DNA of 64,000 nucleotides from Siniperca chuatsi (lineage: Eukaryota), in NCBI RefSeq assembly GCF_020085105.1, contig NC_058053.1, positions 24,413,196 to 24,477,195 of the forward strand, written 5' to 3'. Numbering within the stretch: the first letter of the stretch is position 1; each line of letters begins with the position of its first letter. The notes beneath the pieces were generated by a model, which made no database searches, was not told where the DNA came from, and worked only from the letters and a program-made list of their open reading frames with translations. This document shows positions 25,403-36,605 of this stretch, one piece after another. The translations under genes were made by a program, and so were the position numbers.

Positions 25403-25469
25403 CTGTCTGATTCTGTGACATTTTTGAGTCAGATTTGTCAGATTCAACATTCACATAGATTTCCTCCAT
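25403..25469 (-). CDS. C-type-lectin-like type II receptor paralog 2, exon 1 (cytoplasmic tail with YVNV motif)
   Basis: ATG is at 25469. Protein MEEIYVNVESDKSDSKMSQNQT is followed by donor ACAG|GTAAGA (phase 1), which fits the TM exon. Confidence 0.6.
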
Positions 25470-26299
25470 CGCTCATAAGAATGCCAGATACTTTGTCGAG
25501 GGTCGACTCTGGAGCGCAAGTTTCTCTACATGAAAATGAGAAAACTCTTATTGGGTTCAGTTGTTATAAACTTTAGTTTCAGGAAGTCACATCTCAAAGA
25601 CAGTAAATATAGTTTGTGCGGTAAGTGGTTGTCACCTCACTTGAAACAGGAACTTTCAGAAGCTAGATTTGCTTAATGTTCAGTCACAAGAACAAGTGTA
25701 AAAGGAATAAAGTAACTTAATATTTTACATGTTCCTAAAAACTGTTATAGCCTATACTGTAGACAGAAAACAATGTTATTTCTAAAGAAGAAATAACATT
25801 GGTGTCGGCTAGGACGCACTGAGGTTATTTCCTCGACTGAGCCGGTTTGGTATTATACGGCTTGTTTGAGAGGAATTGCTGCTTGCCTCGAAAGTAGACG
25901 AGAGTAGCCGTTTGCAGTCGGGGGAGGCAGGCCTATTAAAACGCGTGCCTGGAGTCGAACAGCTTGGAGTTGGCTTGACTCGCCTTCAATTAGCGTTAGT
26001 AGCATTAGCGTTATTTGTTGCTGATAAAGTGGTTCCAGTGGAAATCCCAAGTGACTCAAGTGTCTGTTCATTTTAAAACAAATCAATACAGGGGGGTTGA
26101 ATACTGCATGTAAAAGGCATAACCACTTACTTTTCCAAACGATTTTGGTCAGTGGTTTAGACCAGTTTGCATTTATGGAGAACGCACAAAGGCATTTAAT
26201 TGTTAGTGTCAGAAATGTACTCATTAAGTACATGTGTTACTGCTTAAGTTCATGTGGACAAATATTGGGGAATAATGATGAAAAACAATAATGGCATTT

Positions 26300-26720
26300 A
26301 ACGTCATTTAATTGTGCGTGGTGACGTAAAACTTTTTCGGAGCCAATTGGAGAGTTTCATCAATATCACGGGTAAAAACCTCCAATGAGTGCTCAGCTCG
26401 ATCTATTGGCAGGTCGTTTCCCATCAAGTATTTCGCTTCTGCAGCTCGTGGAGAGAAACTGTGGCGTCTAGCTCTCAAAACTGCGAGCGTCTTTGTCCCC
26501 AGAGATTTCCATGTCTCACGCAGAAAAACATCACTAACCGTCATGCGTTTTGCACTCAGCAAGACGCGATCAAAATTGTGCAGGTCTGCATCGGTCAAAC
26601 AAGCCTATAGTGATTTGCCGTGGGACACGAGGCGCGGTGCCAATGTGTTGTGCACTGCAGTCTTGGTGGTAAGAGGGAGTGAGTCTCGCAAGATCTGCTG
26701 CCCACCTGCTCAGCTCAGCT
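26300..26720. promoter_or_regulatory. CpG-rich island with a CRE (TGACGTAA) and CCAAT/ATTGG boxes; putative promoter with no gene assigned
   Basis: 26320-26345 reads gtgcgtggtgacgtaaaactttttcggagccaattgg. CpG density is far above the surrounding AT-rich DNA. Only short ORFs lie here: the minus-strand ORF 26308-26598 and the plus-strand ORF 26389-26610. Confidence 0.3.
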
Positions 26721-28439
26721 CATAATGTTTTGGTCATTTTATTTGGGGAAAACACACACTTCCCTTTAATCACACAAACCATTTTACACACGTTTTGTTC
26801 GTCTTTCCACTTTTATTCGTTACGTTATTCAACCAGCTGACATGTGATCACACAGAAAAAAAAAAAGTTTTATTCCAGTTATGGCATTCATTGCAGACAG
26901 ACAGAATACAGATTATTACCAGCTCTGAAATCCACAAGAGTTAGTCGGCAGCCTATACTGAAGGACTTTGCTCTACTCTGGTGATTCTCTTTCTTTCTCT
27001 GTTCCACCTGCAGTCTGAGAGATGTTGCGCACTGTTAAGCCACAATTACGCAAGGCAGATCCGGGGTTACATTTTGTGCAACAAGCAAATAACTACAGAA
27101 ACCTCAAACTTATCGTTTTTGGTTCATCATTCTACACAGTTGTATACTTCAAATCAACAAGGCTTGACACAGTGAAAACAGTTTACATGGTTCTGTGAAA
27201 AGTGTGGATTTCCTCAAATGTCCCTCTCCACTAATTACTCCCTCAGGGCAGGTCCTGGCCAGGCCTCCACATTTTGAATTACAATACAGGTGTGGCTGTG
27301 ATGAGCAACATGATGTGAAAGAGACTGTTCTGTTCAAGTTTATATCAAAAGACTGTTATTTCTAAAATCTGCGGATCATTTCCAGGATAGCGATTATGTG
27401 GCAATATGAAGATTTGAATATGTAGCAACAATTTCGTTCACAGATTGAGAGCAATTTAAAACTTTAAGTAAAACACTCAAATCTAACTCAATTAAACTTT
27501 AAAAAGAACAAGAACTTGGGAAAAATAAACTAGACTGCATATTGAAGTCTTGTAATGGCTCAGAAAATCCCAAACTTGAACCCAGAAGCTGGACTCAGTG
27601 ACAGACAGGATAAGACAAATCTTTTCATTTCTTATCTAAACCAGGGTCTAGAAAAGCTGCGCAGGTAAAAATAGAAACGCTCTGTCAAAATGTAATAATT
27701 CTTATATTAATAATATAATTCATATAATGATAGTAATTTATAGATATTCTCTACAGCAGACGGGGAGAGTGCGGCAGCAGCATGACAGGGGCCTCCAGAA
27801 ATTAACAGAGCTTGGACCAAAAGTGCCCTTAAATGCTCGTAGTTTATTTTTGTTGCTGTTCTCACTTGTTATTTTTCCAAATAAAACTAATCTTTGTGCA
27901 GCAAATTGAGAATTGAGTGTTTATTTAACAATGTAACATAATAATTATACATTTTTTCAAAGTTTAGTATATGCCCCTAAAAATCAGTTCAAGGGGCAAT
28001 AGGCTACCTTCTGAAAAAAAAGGCACAAGGGCTGCACCTAAAGATTATTTTTATCGATTAGTTGATTAATCTAACAACTAATTGATCAATTATTCTAATG
28101 ATTATCTTTTTATTACTTGATTAATAAAACAATTAATTTACCCAAAATAAATGGCAGAATATTAATATTCATTAATACTCATTAATATTTCAATATTTTA
28201 TTCAATTATTTTCTCTTAAAAACAAATGATAACAAGAAACAAAGTAAGTACTGCAGGGCATTATTCTGCAACAAAAAATATATTTGTCTATTAAAAATAT
28301 TATAATATTTGAAAGAATAAATTAAAATACTACCCTATTTCTAGTAGGTTATTTTTTTTGTTACCATTTTAATTCTACTTAATTCACCACCTTATTCTAG
28401 TGTTTGCTCACAAACTACTTTAATCTGCTCACCTTGCTT

Positions 28440-28561
28440 TTCCCTTCAGTTCTCTTTTTTCCCCCGCGCACACACACACACACACACGCACACACCCCTA
28501 CACCTCTGGTCTCTGCACGCACACACACACACACACACACACACCCCTACACCTCTGGTCT

Positions 28562-28595
<34 letters not shown>

Positions 28596-28610
28596 CTACA
28601 CTTCTGGTCT

Positions 28611-28646
<36 letters not shown>

Positions 28647-28731
28647 CTACACTTCTGGTCTCTCTGCACCTACACCTCTGGTCTCTGCACGCACACACAC
28701 ACACACGCACACACCCCTACACTTCTGGTCT

Positions 28732-28765
<34 letters not shown>

Positions 28766-28822
28766 CTACACTTCTGGTCTCTGCACACACACACACACAC
28801 ACACCTACACCTCTGGTCTCTG

Positions 28823-28880
<58 letters not shown>

Positions 28881-28900
28881 CACCTCTGGTCTCTGCACAC
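28440..28900. repeat. Complex minisatellite: about 9 units of (CA)n + cccctacac(c/t)tctggtctctgcac (~55-60 bp)
   Basis: Direct reading. The 200-aa plus-strand ORF 28404-29006 (HTHTHT...) is a translation artefact of this repeat. Confidence 0.9.
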
Positions 28901-29089
28901 ATTCATCGGCTTGCCCCGCCCAAAAAACACAACTCCCGTGTTGGATTTTTTCACCCGCGGTTCCGTTTTCACAGCAGCAGGTGAGCATGGAGGAGGCTGG
29001 TTGTAAATGACGTCACTTATCGAAACCAACGTGGCACCGAATGACATCGGCACCAACAGGTGCACTTTCTATGGCAGGCCAGTTGCGCC

Positions 29090-29205
29090 TTTATTACCAA
29101 CTTTCTTCTCAGAATATCACCCCCTCCCCCGGCTCCGTATTTTATTTTTTACAGCAATATTATAATCAAAATGTTATTAAAACATACCAGATTACCAGAT
29201 ACCCC
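29090..29205. repeat. ~110-bp direct repeat, copy 1 (the partner is at 32008-32125)
   Basis: ctttcttctcagaatat[ct]accccctcccccggctccgtattttattttttacagcaatattataatcaaaatgttattaaaacat occurs at both places. Confidence 0.7.
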
Positions 29206-31310
29206 GGCATCGGCATGCAACGCCATTCACACCGCCATAACACATCTCCAGACTCAACACCCGAGTGCACTCATATTAATCTCGGGTGACTTCAACCATG
29301 CCAGTGTTTCAACAACACTGACTAACTTCACCCAGTATGTGAGCTGTCCTACTAGAGAGGAGAGGACACTGGACCTGCTGTATGCTAACGTTAAGGACGC
29401 ATACAGCTCCCCCCCCTCCCCCCTGGGTAGGTCAGACCACAACCTGGTTTACCTTAAACCCTGCTATGTGCCTCTGGTTAAAAGGCAGCCTGCGACCATA
29501 AGGACAGTGAGGAGATGGTCAGAGGAGGCCTATGAGACACTGCAGGAATGTTTTGAGGTGACAAACTGGGATGTACTCTGTGAGCCTCATGGAGATGACA
29601 TTGATGGGCACACTGAGTGCATCACTGGCTACATTAACTTCTGTGTGGACTGCAATGTGCCAACCATGGTGGTCCATTGTTATCCAAACAACAAACCGTG
29701 GGTAACAAAAGACATCAAAGACATCCTGAATGCCAAGAGGAGGGCCTTTACTGATAATAGGGAGGAGGTGAGTGCAATCCAGGCCGACCTGAAGGTGAAA
29801 ATCAGGGAAGCCAAGGAGAAGTACAGGAGGAAGCTGGAGCGGAAACTCCAGCAGAACAGCATGAGAGAGGTCTGGAGCGGCATGAAGACCATCACTGGCT
29901 TCAGACCGACTGGCAGCAGAGGAGTTGAAGGCGCATTGGAGAGGGCCAACGAACTTAATCTGTTGTTTAACAGATTCGACACACAGGATCCTGCTCATCC
30001 CCCCTCTAACTCAGCTGCTGTCGGCCCTCAGACTCCTGAGTACTCTGCTCCCCCCTCAACTGGCTATCAGACTAACGGCCCTCTTCACACTAATGACCCC
30101 CCCCCCCCTGCCTGTAACCTCTGCTGTGTGCCTGACTACTGACCAGGTGAGAGGACAGCTGATGAAACTCCACTCAAACAAGGCTGCAGGCCCTGTCGGA
30201 CAGCGTGGTCAGCAACACTGGGGCCCCTCAGGGGACTTTCATGGTGTGAGCAGAACCATCTGCAGCTCAATGCAACAAAGTCTAAGGAGCTGGTTGTGGA
30301 TCTACGAAGGGCCAAGGCACCAGTCACCCCAGTTTCCATCCAGGGGGTCAGTGTGGACATTATTGAGGATTACAAGCACCTGGGAGTACACTTGGACAAT
30401 AAACTGGACTGGGCTAAGAATACTCAAGCTCTGTACAGGAAGGGCCAGAGCCGCCTCTATTTCCTGAGGAGGCTGAGGTCCTTCAACATCTGCCGGACAA
30501 TGCTGAAGATGTTTCATGAGTCTGTGGTGGCCAGTGCTATCCTGTATGCTGTTGCATGCTGGGGCAGCAGGTTGAGGGTAGCGGACGCCAACAGACTCAA
30601 CAAACTGATCCGTAAGGCCAGTGACATTGTGGGGGTGGAGCTGGACTCTCTGGCGGTGGTGTCAGAAACGAGGATGCTGACCAAACTACACGCCATCTTG
30701 GACAGTGTCTCCCACCTTCAGCGGAAGACTCATCCCCCCAAAAAGCACCACAGAGCGCCACAGGAAGTCATTCCTGCCTGTGGCCATCAAACTCTTTAAC
30801 TCCTCCCTCTAAGTGTTAGTCTGTATGACCCTAAGTCACTAAACTGGACATAGATCTTTACATCTCTGCAATACTTGAAACAATCGTGCAATATTCTGTG
30901 TAATACTCCTGTGCAATATTTTAGTTTTCCCTATTTATTGATATTTATATTTGTTCATACCTCTATTAATGCTGTGCAATATCCACCGTCTCATAATAAT
31001 CTTAATAAGCTATACTTAACTTGACAGTACATGCACTATTACTTACTACTTATTACATATATTATTACATTGTATTATTATACCGTATTATCATCATCAA
31101 CCGGTAAACCCACTTGGTACTTTACACTTATTTTATTTTATACTAATACCCACGTGGTACTTAATTTATTTTCTGACCTGTTTTAGAGTGTTTTATATTT
31201 TTTGCTAGTACTTTTTCCTGTGTGCACTGACGTAAAAGGCGAGCTGCTGTAACAAAGAGTTTACCTTCGGGGATCAATATTTCTGATTCTGATTTCTGAT
31301 AAATTGCCTG
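29200..31310 (+). mobile_element. Internally deleted LINE (L2/CR1-like): APE-endonuclease C-terminus, RT N-terminal linker, RT C-terminal domain and 3'UTR with (TTCTGA)n tail. Most of the RT core is missing.
   Basis: ORF 29060-30142 carries ...ISGDFNHASV...LGRSDHNLVYL... (endonuclease motifs) and KYRRKLERKLQQNSMREVWSGMKTITGF (also present in the minus-strand copy at 15.6 kb). ORF 30296-30799 reads KAPVTPVSIQGVSVDIIEDYKHLGVHLDNKLDW...FHESVVASAILYAVACWGS. The tail ttctgattctgatttctga is at 31270-31292. Confidence 0.7.
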
Positions 31311-31648
31311 GTCTGAATCTGATAACGTTAGCCTGTGTGTTTTTTGGCCTTTACATAGTCTGTTGCTTTGCTTGACATTACTGTGTTTATTTCCATAACC
31401 TTGAATGCAAAGAATGGACGGAACGCAACATAAACAAAGGCCTATCTGGGTAGGGTCTCACCCACACGGTACCACTAAATGTTACAACCATAATAGTCTG
31501 ATCAGTGTTACTGAACGCTGGTAGCTTGTCAAAGCAAAGTGAAACCTCCTAACTAACCTTATTTTCTTCTGCTTTGAGCAGCCCCTTCTATTAAATATGA
31601 GCAAAACTATACATGTCCCAAAACTCAGTTGGCTATTTGGTGCAACCT

Positions 31649-31656
<8 letters not shown>

Positions 31657-31694
<38 letters not shown>

Positions 31695-31740
31695 GGCCTA
31701 GGCTACATCAAAAATTTGAAATATTTGATTGTAAACATAG

Positions 31741-31803
<63 letters not shown>
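31657..31803. repeat. Poly(A) run (31657-31692) followed by a (GT)31 microsatellite (31743-31803)
   Basis: Direct reading. Confidence 0.95.
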
Positions 31804-31805
<2 letters not shown>

Positions 31806-32007
31806 AGTCAGCCAGTCATAACATCACCAACACTAATTGAGTGAGTCCAGAAATGAGAAGTGTGCATAGGTCCTCGGGCTAAACAGTCAAAGTCGACATC
31901 CCACACACACATACAAACAAACCCATTGTAACATAATTCACTTCCATGCCATATGATCACTGCCAAATGAAAATTCACTAAAACAGGTTGGAGGCTTGAG
32001 TTTTTTC

Positions 32008-32125
32008 TCTTAAATTTCCGACTTTCTTCTCAGAATATTACCCCCTCCCCCGGCTCCGTATTTTATTTTTTACAGCAATATTATAATCAAAATGTTATTA
32101 AAACATGCCAGATTTTTTGGGGTCC
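32008..32125. repeat. ~110-bp direct repeat, copy 2 (the partner is at 29090-29205)
   Basis: Same string as at 29090. The pair brackets the LINE, the poly(A) run and the (GT)n. Confidence 0.7.
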
Positions 32126-32865
32126 TCAGACACGTACAGGTTGGGGCGTCAGGTGAGGGCTTGAGGAGGAGGGTCCCATTAGGGGAATTGTTCCATCCAA
32201 ACAGAGCAAATGAACATCAGCAGTAAATGCTTCAAGATAAGGATGCTAATGCTAATGATTAGGAAGAAATTTAGTAATAATGGCATCACATGACTGTTAC
32301 TAGTTTATTAAAACTTCCCTTCTCTGATTGGAAAGCAGGAGAATCTATAATATAACAGAGGACATCACAGTCAGATAACAGTGTTCTGCTGTACTCAGAT
32401 CTTTATATAATGAATGTCAAACTTTTTATCAGAGCAGCTTCATCATATTATCACAGATGTTCTGACATCGTTTTATATTTGAAATATATATTAAGTGGTT
32501 GAACAGCATGTGGGTCAGTTTGTTGAATGATGGGAAATTAACTTTTTAAGATGAGCATCTGCCAGCCACTGACAGATTAATGTTCAAATTCAAAAGCCAC
32601 TCAATAATAAATCATTATTCTGTGTCTGAACTCTACCAGCCACTTTCATATCTTACCAGCATTTGGCTAGCTGGCTGCTGCTAATTTCCCAATAAAAACA
32701 AAATCAACTAGCAGCTGCCTTCGGCTCTGCTGGACTGTTAATTACATATATCTGAGTGATAAAGCCTCATTTTTCTTAGCTCTACGCGGATCATCATGAC
32801 AGACAATGCAGATAACAGAAAGTAACGTCATCTGAAACACACACCGACCAACTTACAGCTGTGCA

Positions 32866-32960
32866 TTAGCCATGCTATTAGCTTGGCAGTGCTATTAGCT
32901 TAGCCGTGCTATTAGCCTAGCCGTGCTATTAGGTTAGCCGTGCTATTAGCCTGGAGTACA
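32866..32960. repeat. 18-bp-period minisatellite (gccgtgctattagc[ct]tag), about 5 units
   Basis: Direct reading. Confidence 0.85.
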
Positions 32961-33521
32961 GAGTTGAATAAAACGGTTTAAACAGCATGAATTAGCTGGC
33001 TAATACAAAGCAATGATAAATAGTTTATATAATAAATTCCTTAGAGTAACATTCAAGTTTGACATTTTAAGACCTAGTTCATAAAGCTCCGGCAATAATG
33101 CTAACTTTATGCTGTAACATCGAGCACTCAACTATTTCACAAAGTGCCTTAAAACACCTCGGTTAGCTAACTATAACTAATGTCATTCAGAAATATGAGT
33201 GTTTAACGTGTTTCCCACAAATACTTAATAATAATAATTCATGAATATTTGACTTACCAACTCTTCTGCATCAGCTCCGCAGTCGACTGTCCGATGAGAG
33301 CGGAGAGACGCTGCGGGAGGTGAGCGGTTCGATCCCCGGCTCGGGCAAAGACGGAGACGCGCTTCAGTGGTTGTAAGGCTGTTTAACTGAGACATAATGG
33401 CTGTAGAATAGTGTGGGGTTTTACTAACTGATGTAGTAGATTAGCAAATAGTAAACATAGTATTCAAACAACACTATAAACAGTGAGAACTTCTTCTTCT
33501 TTTCCTTTCGGCTGTTCCCTT

Positions 33522-33893
33522 TCAGGGGTCGCCACACTGAATCATGTGCCTCCATCTAACCCTGTCCTCTGCATCCTCTTCACTCACACCAATTAACTTC
33601 ATGTCCTCTCTCACTACATCCATAAATCTCCTCTTTGGTCTTCCTCTAGACCTTCTGCCTGGCAGCTCCAACCTCAGCATCCTTCTGCCAATATATTCAC
33701 AGTCTCTCCTCTGAACATGTCCAAACCACCTCAATCTGGCCGCTCTGACTTTATCTCTGAAACATCTAACATGAGCTGTCCCTCTGATGTCCTCGTTCCT
33801 GATCCTGTCCGTTCCTGACCCCAAGCCCCCTATATATATATATATATGTGGCAAACTTAACACTCTGGGCCGATCATATCGGGAGGAAATCAA
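33522..33893 (-). mobile_element. LINE ORF2 C-terminal fragment (RWFGHV...GRPKRRFMDVV...IRCGDP-type domain)
   Basis: The minus-strand ORF carries IRNEDIRGTAHVRCFRDKVRAARLRWFGHVQRRDCEYIGRRMLRLELPGRRSRGRPKRRFMDVVREDMKLIGVSEEDAEDRVRWRHMIQCGDP. Confidence 0.6.
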
Positions 33894-34540
33894 ATGCTAC
33901 TGCTCTGCGTCAGCAAAAACCAAGGAGCTGATCGTTGATTTTCGGGGAAAAGAGGCAAAAACACCCCCTCCTGTCTACATCAGTGGAGCTGAGGTGGAGC
34001 AGGTGAACAGTTTTAGGTTGCTGGGAATCAGCATCACAGAGATTGTGACATGGTCATCTCACATATCCAAAGCTGGTAAAGAAAGCTCAGAAACGGCTGT
34101 AAGAAGGCAAAATTCCTGTTAACTTTTACAGAGGAGCAATAGAAAGCATCCTGACTGGAAACATCACAAACTGGCATGGGATGCGCACGGCCCAGGACAG
34201 GAGGGCTCTGCAGCGGGTGACTAAAACCGCTCAGCAGATCATTGGTACCGACCTACCGAGCATCAGTGGTATCGGGGAGGTGAGGCGCCTGCTCAGAGCC
34301 CAAAGGACACTGAAAGACAGTCCCCAGCCCAGCCACAGCCTGTTCACCCTGCTGCTGTCTGGCAGCCGGACCACCACACTGCAGAGCAGCTTCTTCCCTC
34401 AGGCTACGAGACTGCTGAACTCATCCCCAGCACTCCAGCGTGTAAAATATATATATATTTTTACTTATTTATTCACTGCTCTACTGTATATCATTTTTGT
34501 ATGTGTGAGTTTCTGTGAATAGAAAAAAAGGGAACTGCAA
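33894..34540 (+). mobile_element. LINE RT C-terminal fragment (same L2-like family as 13.9-14.9 kb), abutting the previous fragment in opposite orientation
   Basis: The plus-strand ORFs carry KELIVDFRGKEAKTPPPVYISGAEVEQVNSFRLLGISI and ...ALQRVTKTAQQIIGTDLPSISGIGEVRRLL...SFFPQATRLLNS. Confidence 0.55.
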
Positions 34541-35339
34541 CTGAATCTCATTTTACACCCGTGTTGTAAAATGATAAATAAATAAACCTTGAATATGTAT
34601 GTGGTCATCAGAGCAGGACAGCCTGAGCTTCGTGGTCCACGCCAGCATTCAGCAGAGACACCCTGTCCCAAATATATCCAGAAATGAAGATGCTGCTGAT
34701 ATACAAGCTTCAGCTTAATGTGTATTTATCATATAAAGACTACTAACAGCTGTTTGGAGCATTAAAGCTCTAATAAGATGATTTAATGGTGTATTTTTGG
34801 TATAATTTTGCATATATAGATAGAGCTTCAAATTAGTTCTGTTATTAATTTTCATTATTTTACACATTTGACTGCTTAGATTGTGACCTTTGAACCCTTA
34901 CAGTGTGTCAGCAGCAGCATGAGTCATCCATGTTGTGTTTTATTGACTAGTGTTGCAGTTAAATGTCATGTTTACATGTTAGAAGTTGAGTAAGGCATTA
35001 CAAATAATAAAGCTTCCAAATAAAGTGCAGACTGCAGAGTTTTTCCTTTTATTTAATAAAAGCTCTAAAAACCCACAGTACAGCTCAACCTCAGACTGAC
35101 ACAGTTAGTGACCAGCTGGTGAACGTAGTGAACATTTAGCAGCTAAAGAGCCAGAAATTCCCCTCAGGAGTTGGTAGAGACCAAAAACAGAGCTAAAAGA
35201 GAGAGAATATTGAATTTACATTTATCAGGTGACACAAACATGACTCCACATGCAACAAAAAATGAATAAAAAAAAGTGGTAAAATAAAAAAATATAGATT
35301 TTTAAATCATAAAAATGGTATAAAAATAATTAAATTAAT

Positions 35340-36562
35340 GAAGATAGAACAAAATGATAAAATGTCCCTCAGTCCCCCGCTGGCCTCCTCTTCATTTCCT
35401 CCCTCCACTCATCCACAGAGAGTGGCCAGTGTCGATCCTCTCGGGCTGGCCACACCTGCTGCAGATCTACTGCGATGTCTGCCGCCAGGTTTGGCTCCCC
35501 GGCATCAACCTGGGGCTGGCCAGCACTCCCTCTCTAATGGCCACGTAGTCCGTGAGGATGAGGGACCACTGAGTCCTCCTGATCCCGTCAGAGCTGGCTG
35601 CAAATGGGCTCCACCAGGCGGCTGGCACTGGGCCAGTTTGCAGAGCCCAAGTTCAGTCCGAGAAGGCAGCTGAAAGAGGAAGTCATGGAGAGGACAGTGA
35701 GGGTTAACGTACAGCAGATATTTACTAGAGAAAATAGCAATATTTGAAATTAATCTTACCGTCAGAGACTCTCCTTCCCAGGACAGGAGGTGTCCTTCCC
35801 GTGTGCTTCCTTGAAGGGTAGACAACTCGCTGTTTGTCCTGCTCTGGCAGGCGATGCCAGAGCACGATGAGTGTCCACTCTCCTGTCAGAAAGCCCCTGA
35901 AGGCTCCGTGCTTCCAGCAGGGCCTGGGCCGGCTTCAGGACATGCTGATATCCCGGCTGGCCGTCACGACCCTGCATCTCCTCCTGAGAGGAAACACCAG
36001 AAAGGAAGAGAAGGAGGGACGAACATCACCATTATCATCATCATTAATTAATTATTATTATTAGTAGTAGTTTCTTAGCGAACTTACCTCAGAGTCAGAG
36101 GAGGACTGCTGGGGAGCAGGAGTCTAAACCTCAGGGGCCTCAGAGAGGGGCATATTGGTCAGGGTGACCAGACCGGACGGCTCAGACCTGGGTGCGTCAG
36201 CTGGATCACCTGACCGGGCCGCTGTGCTGGTGGGCTCGAAGACAGTAGGGTCCTCAACGTCCTCCTCGATACCCTCATCCACCTCCTCGAGCGACTGGAT
36301 GGCAGCAGCCTCGTCCGGAGTGCGGCACTTCAGTTGTGCAATCGCCCTCAGATCACAGGACAGCACAAACATTAAATACAGCTTTGTCACCACATAAATA
36401 CATCAAATTAATATATTCAGCTCACCGATGAGCCGAGGCCTCCCCCAGCTGTCCCTGGTAAACAGCCCGACTGATCCGCTGCTGCTGCTCCGCAGTGAGA
36501 GCTGCCCGCCAGGACTCAGGCAGCAGCTGGAGAGAGAACCAGAGGAACATACAGATGGCATA
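35340..36562 (-). pseudogene. Diverged, compacted, inverted partial paralog of the tandem-array ORF-bearing unit (it corresponds to exons 7-10 of the unit at 44.84-46.56 kb)
   Basis: Minus-strand ORFs carry ...FTRDSWGRPRLIGELN..., IQSLEEVDEGIEEDVEDPTVFEPTSTAARSGDPADAPRSEPSG and MQGRDGQPGYQHVLKPAQALLEARSLQGLSDRRVD. These mirror the plus-strand unit sequences at 44.9, 45.2 and 45.6 kb. Nucleotide homology starts within 25 bp of the exon-7 acceptor and then diverges, with deletions. Confidence 0.6.
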
Positions 36563-36605
36563 GTACTCCTAGATCTCTGGCCTGGCTGACCATATTTCAC
36601 CTGTT

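Noticed and set aside
26308-26598. Minus-strand 96-aa ORF (…FDRVLLSAKRMTVSDVFLRETWKSLGTKTLAVLRARRHSF…) in the CpG island
   Set aside because: The reading frame opens at a TTG and the first in-frame ATG is 18 codons further in. There is no recognisable domain and no splice donor. It was kept only as part of the regulatory-island observation.
28440-28900. Repeat-spacer-like regular architecture that could superficially resemble a CRISPR array
   Set aside because: This is a eukaryotic context. The variable part is the (CA)n run while the 'spacer' is constant, and no cas genes are present. It is a minisatellite.
28404-29006. 200-aa plus-strand ORF (and overlapping minus-strand Cys/Val-rich ORFs) with an HTHTHT... 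translation
   Set aside because: It is a pure translation artefact of the (CA)n-containing 55-60-bp minisatellite. There are no splice sites and no codon structure.
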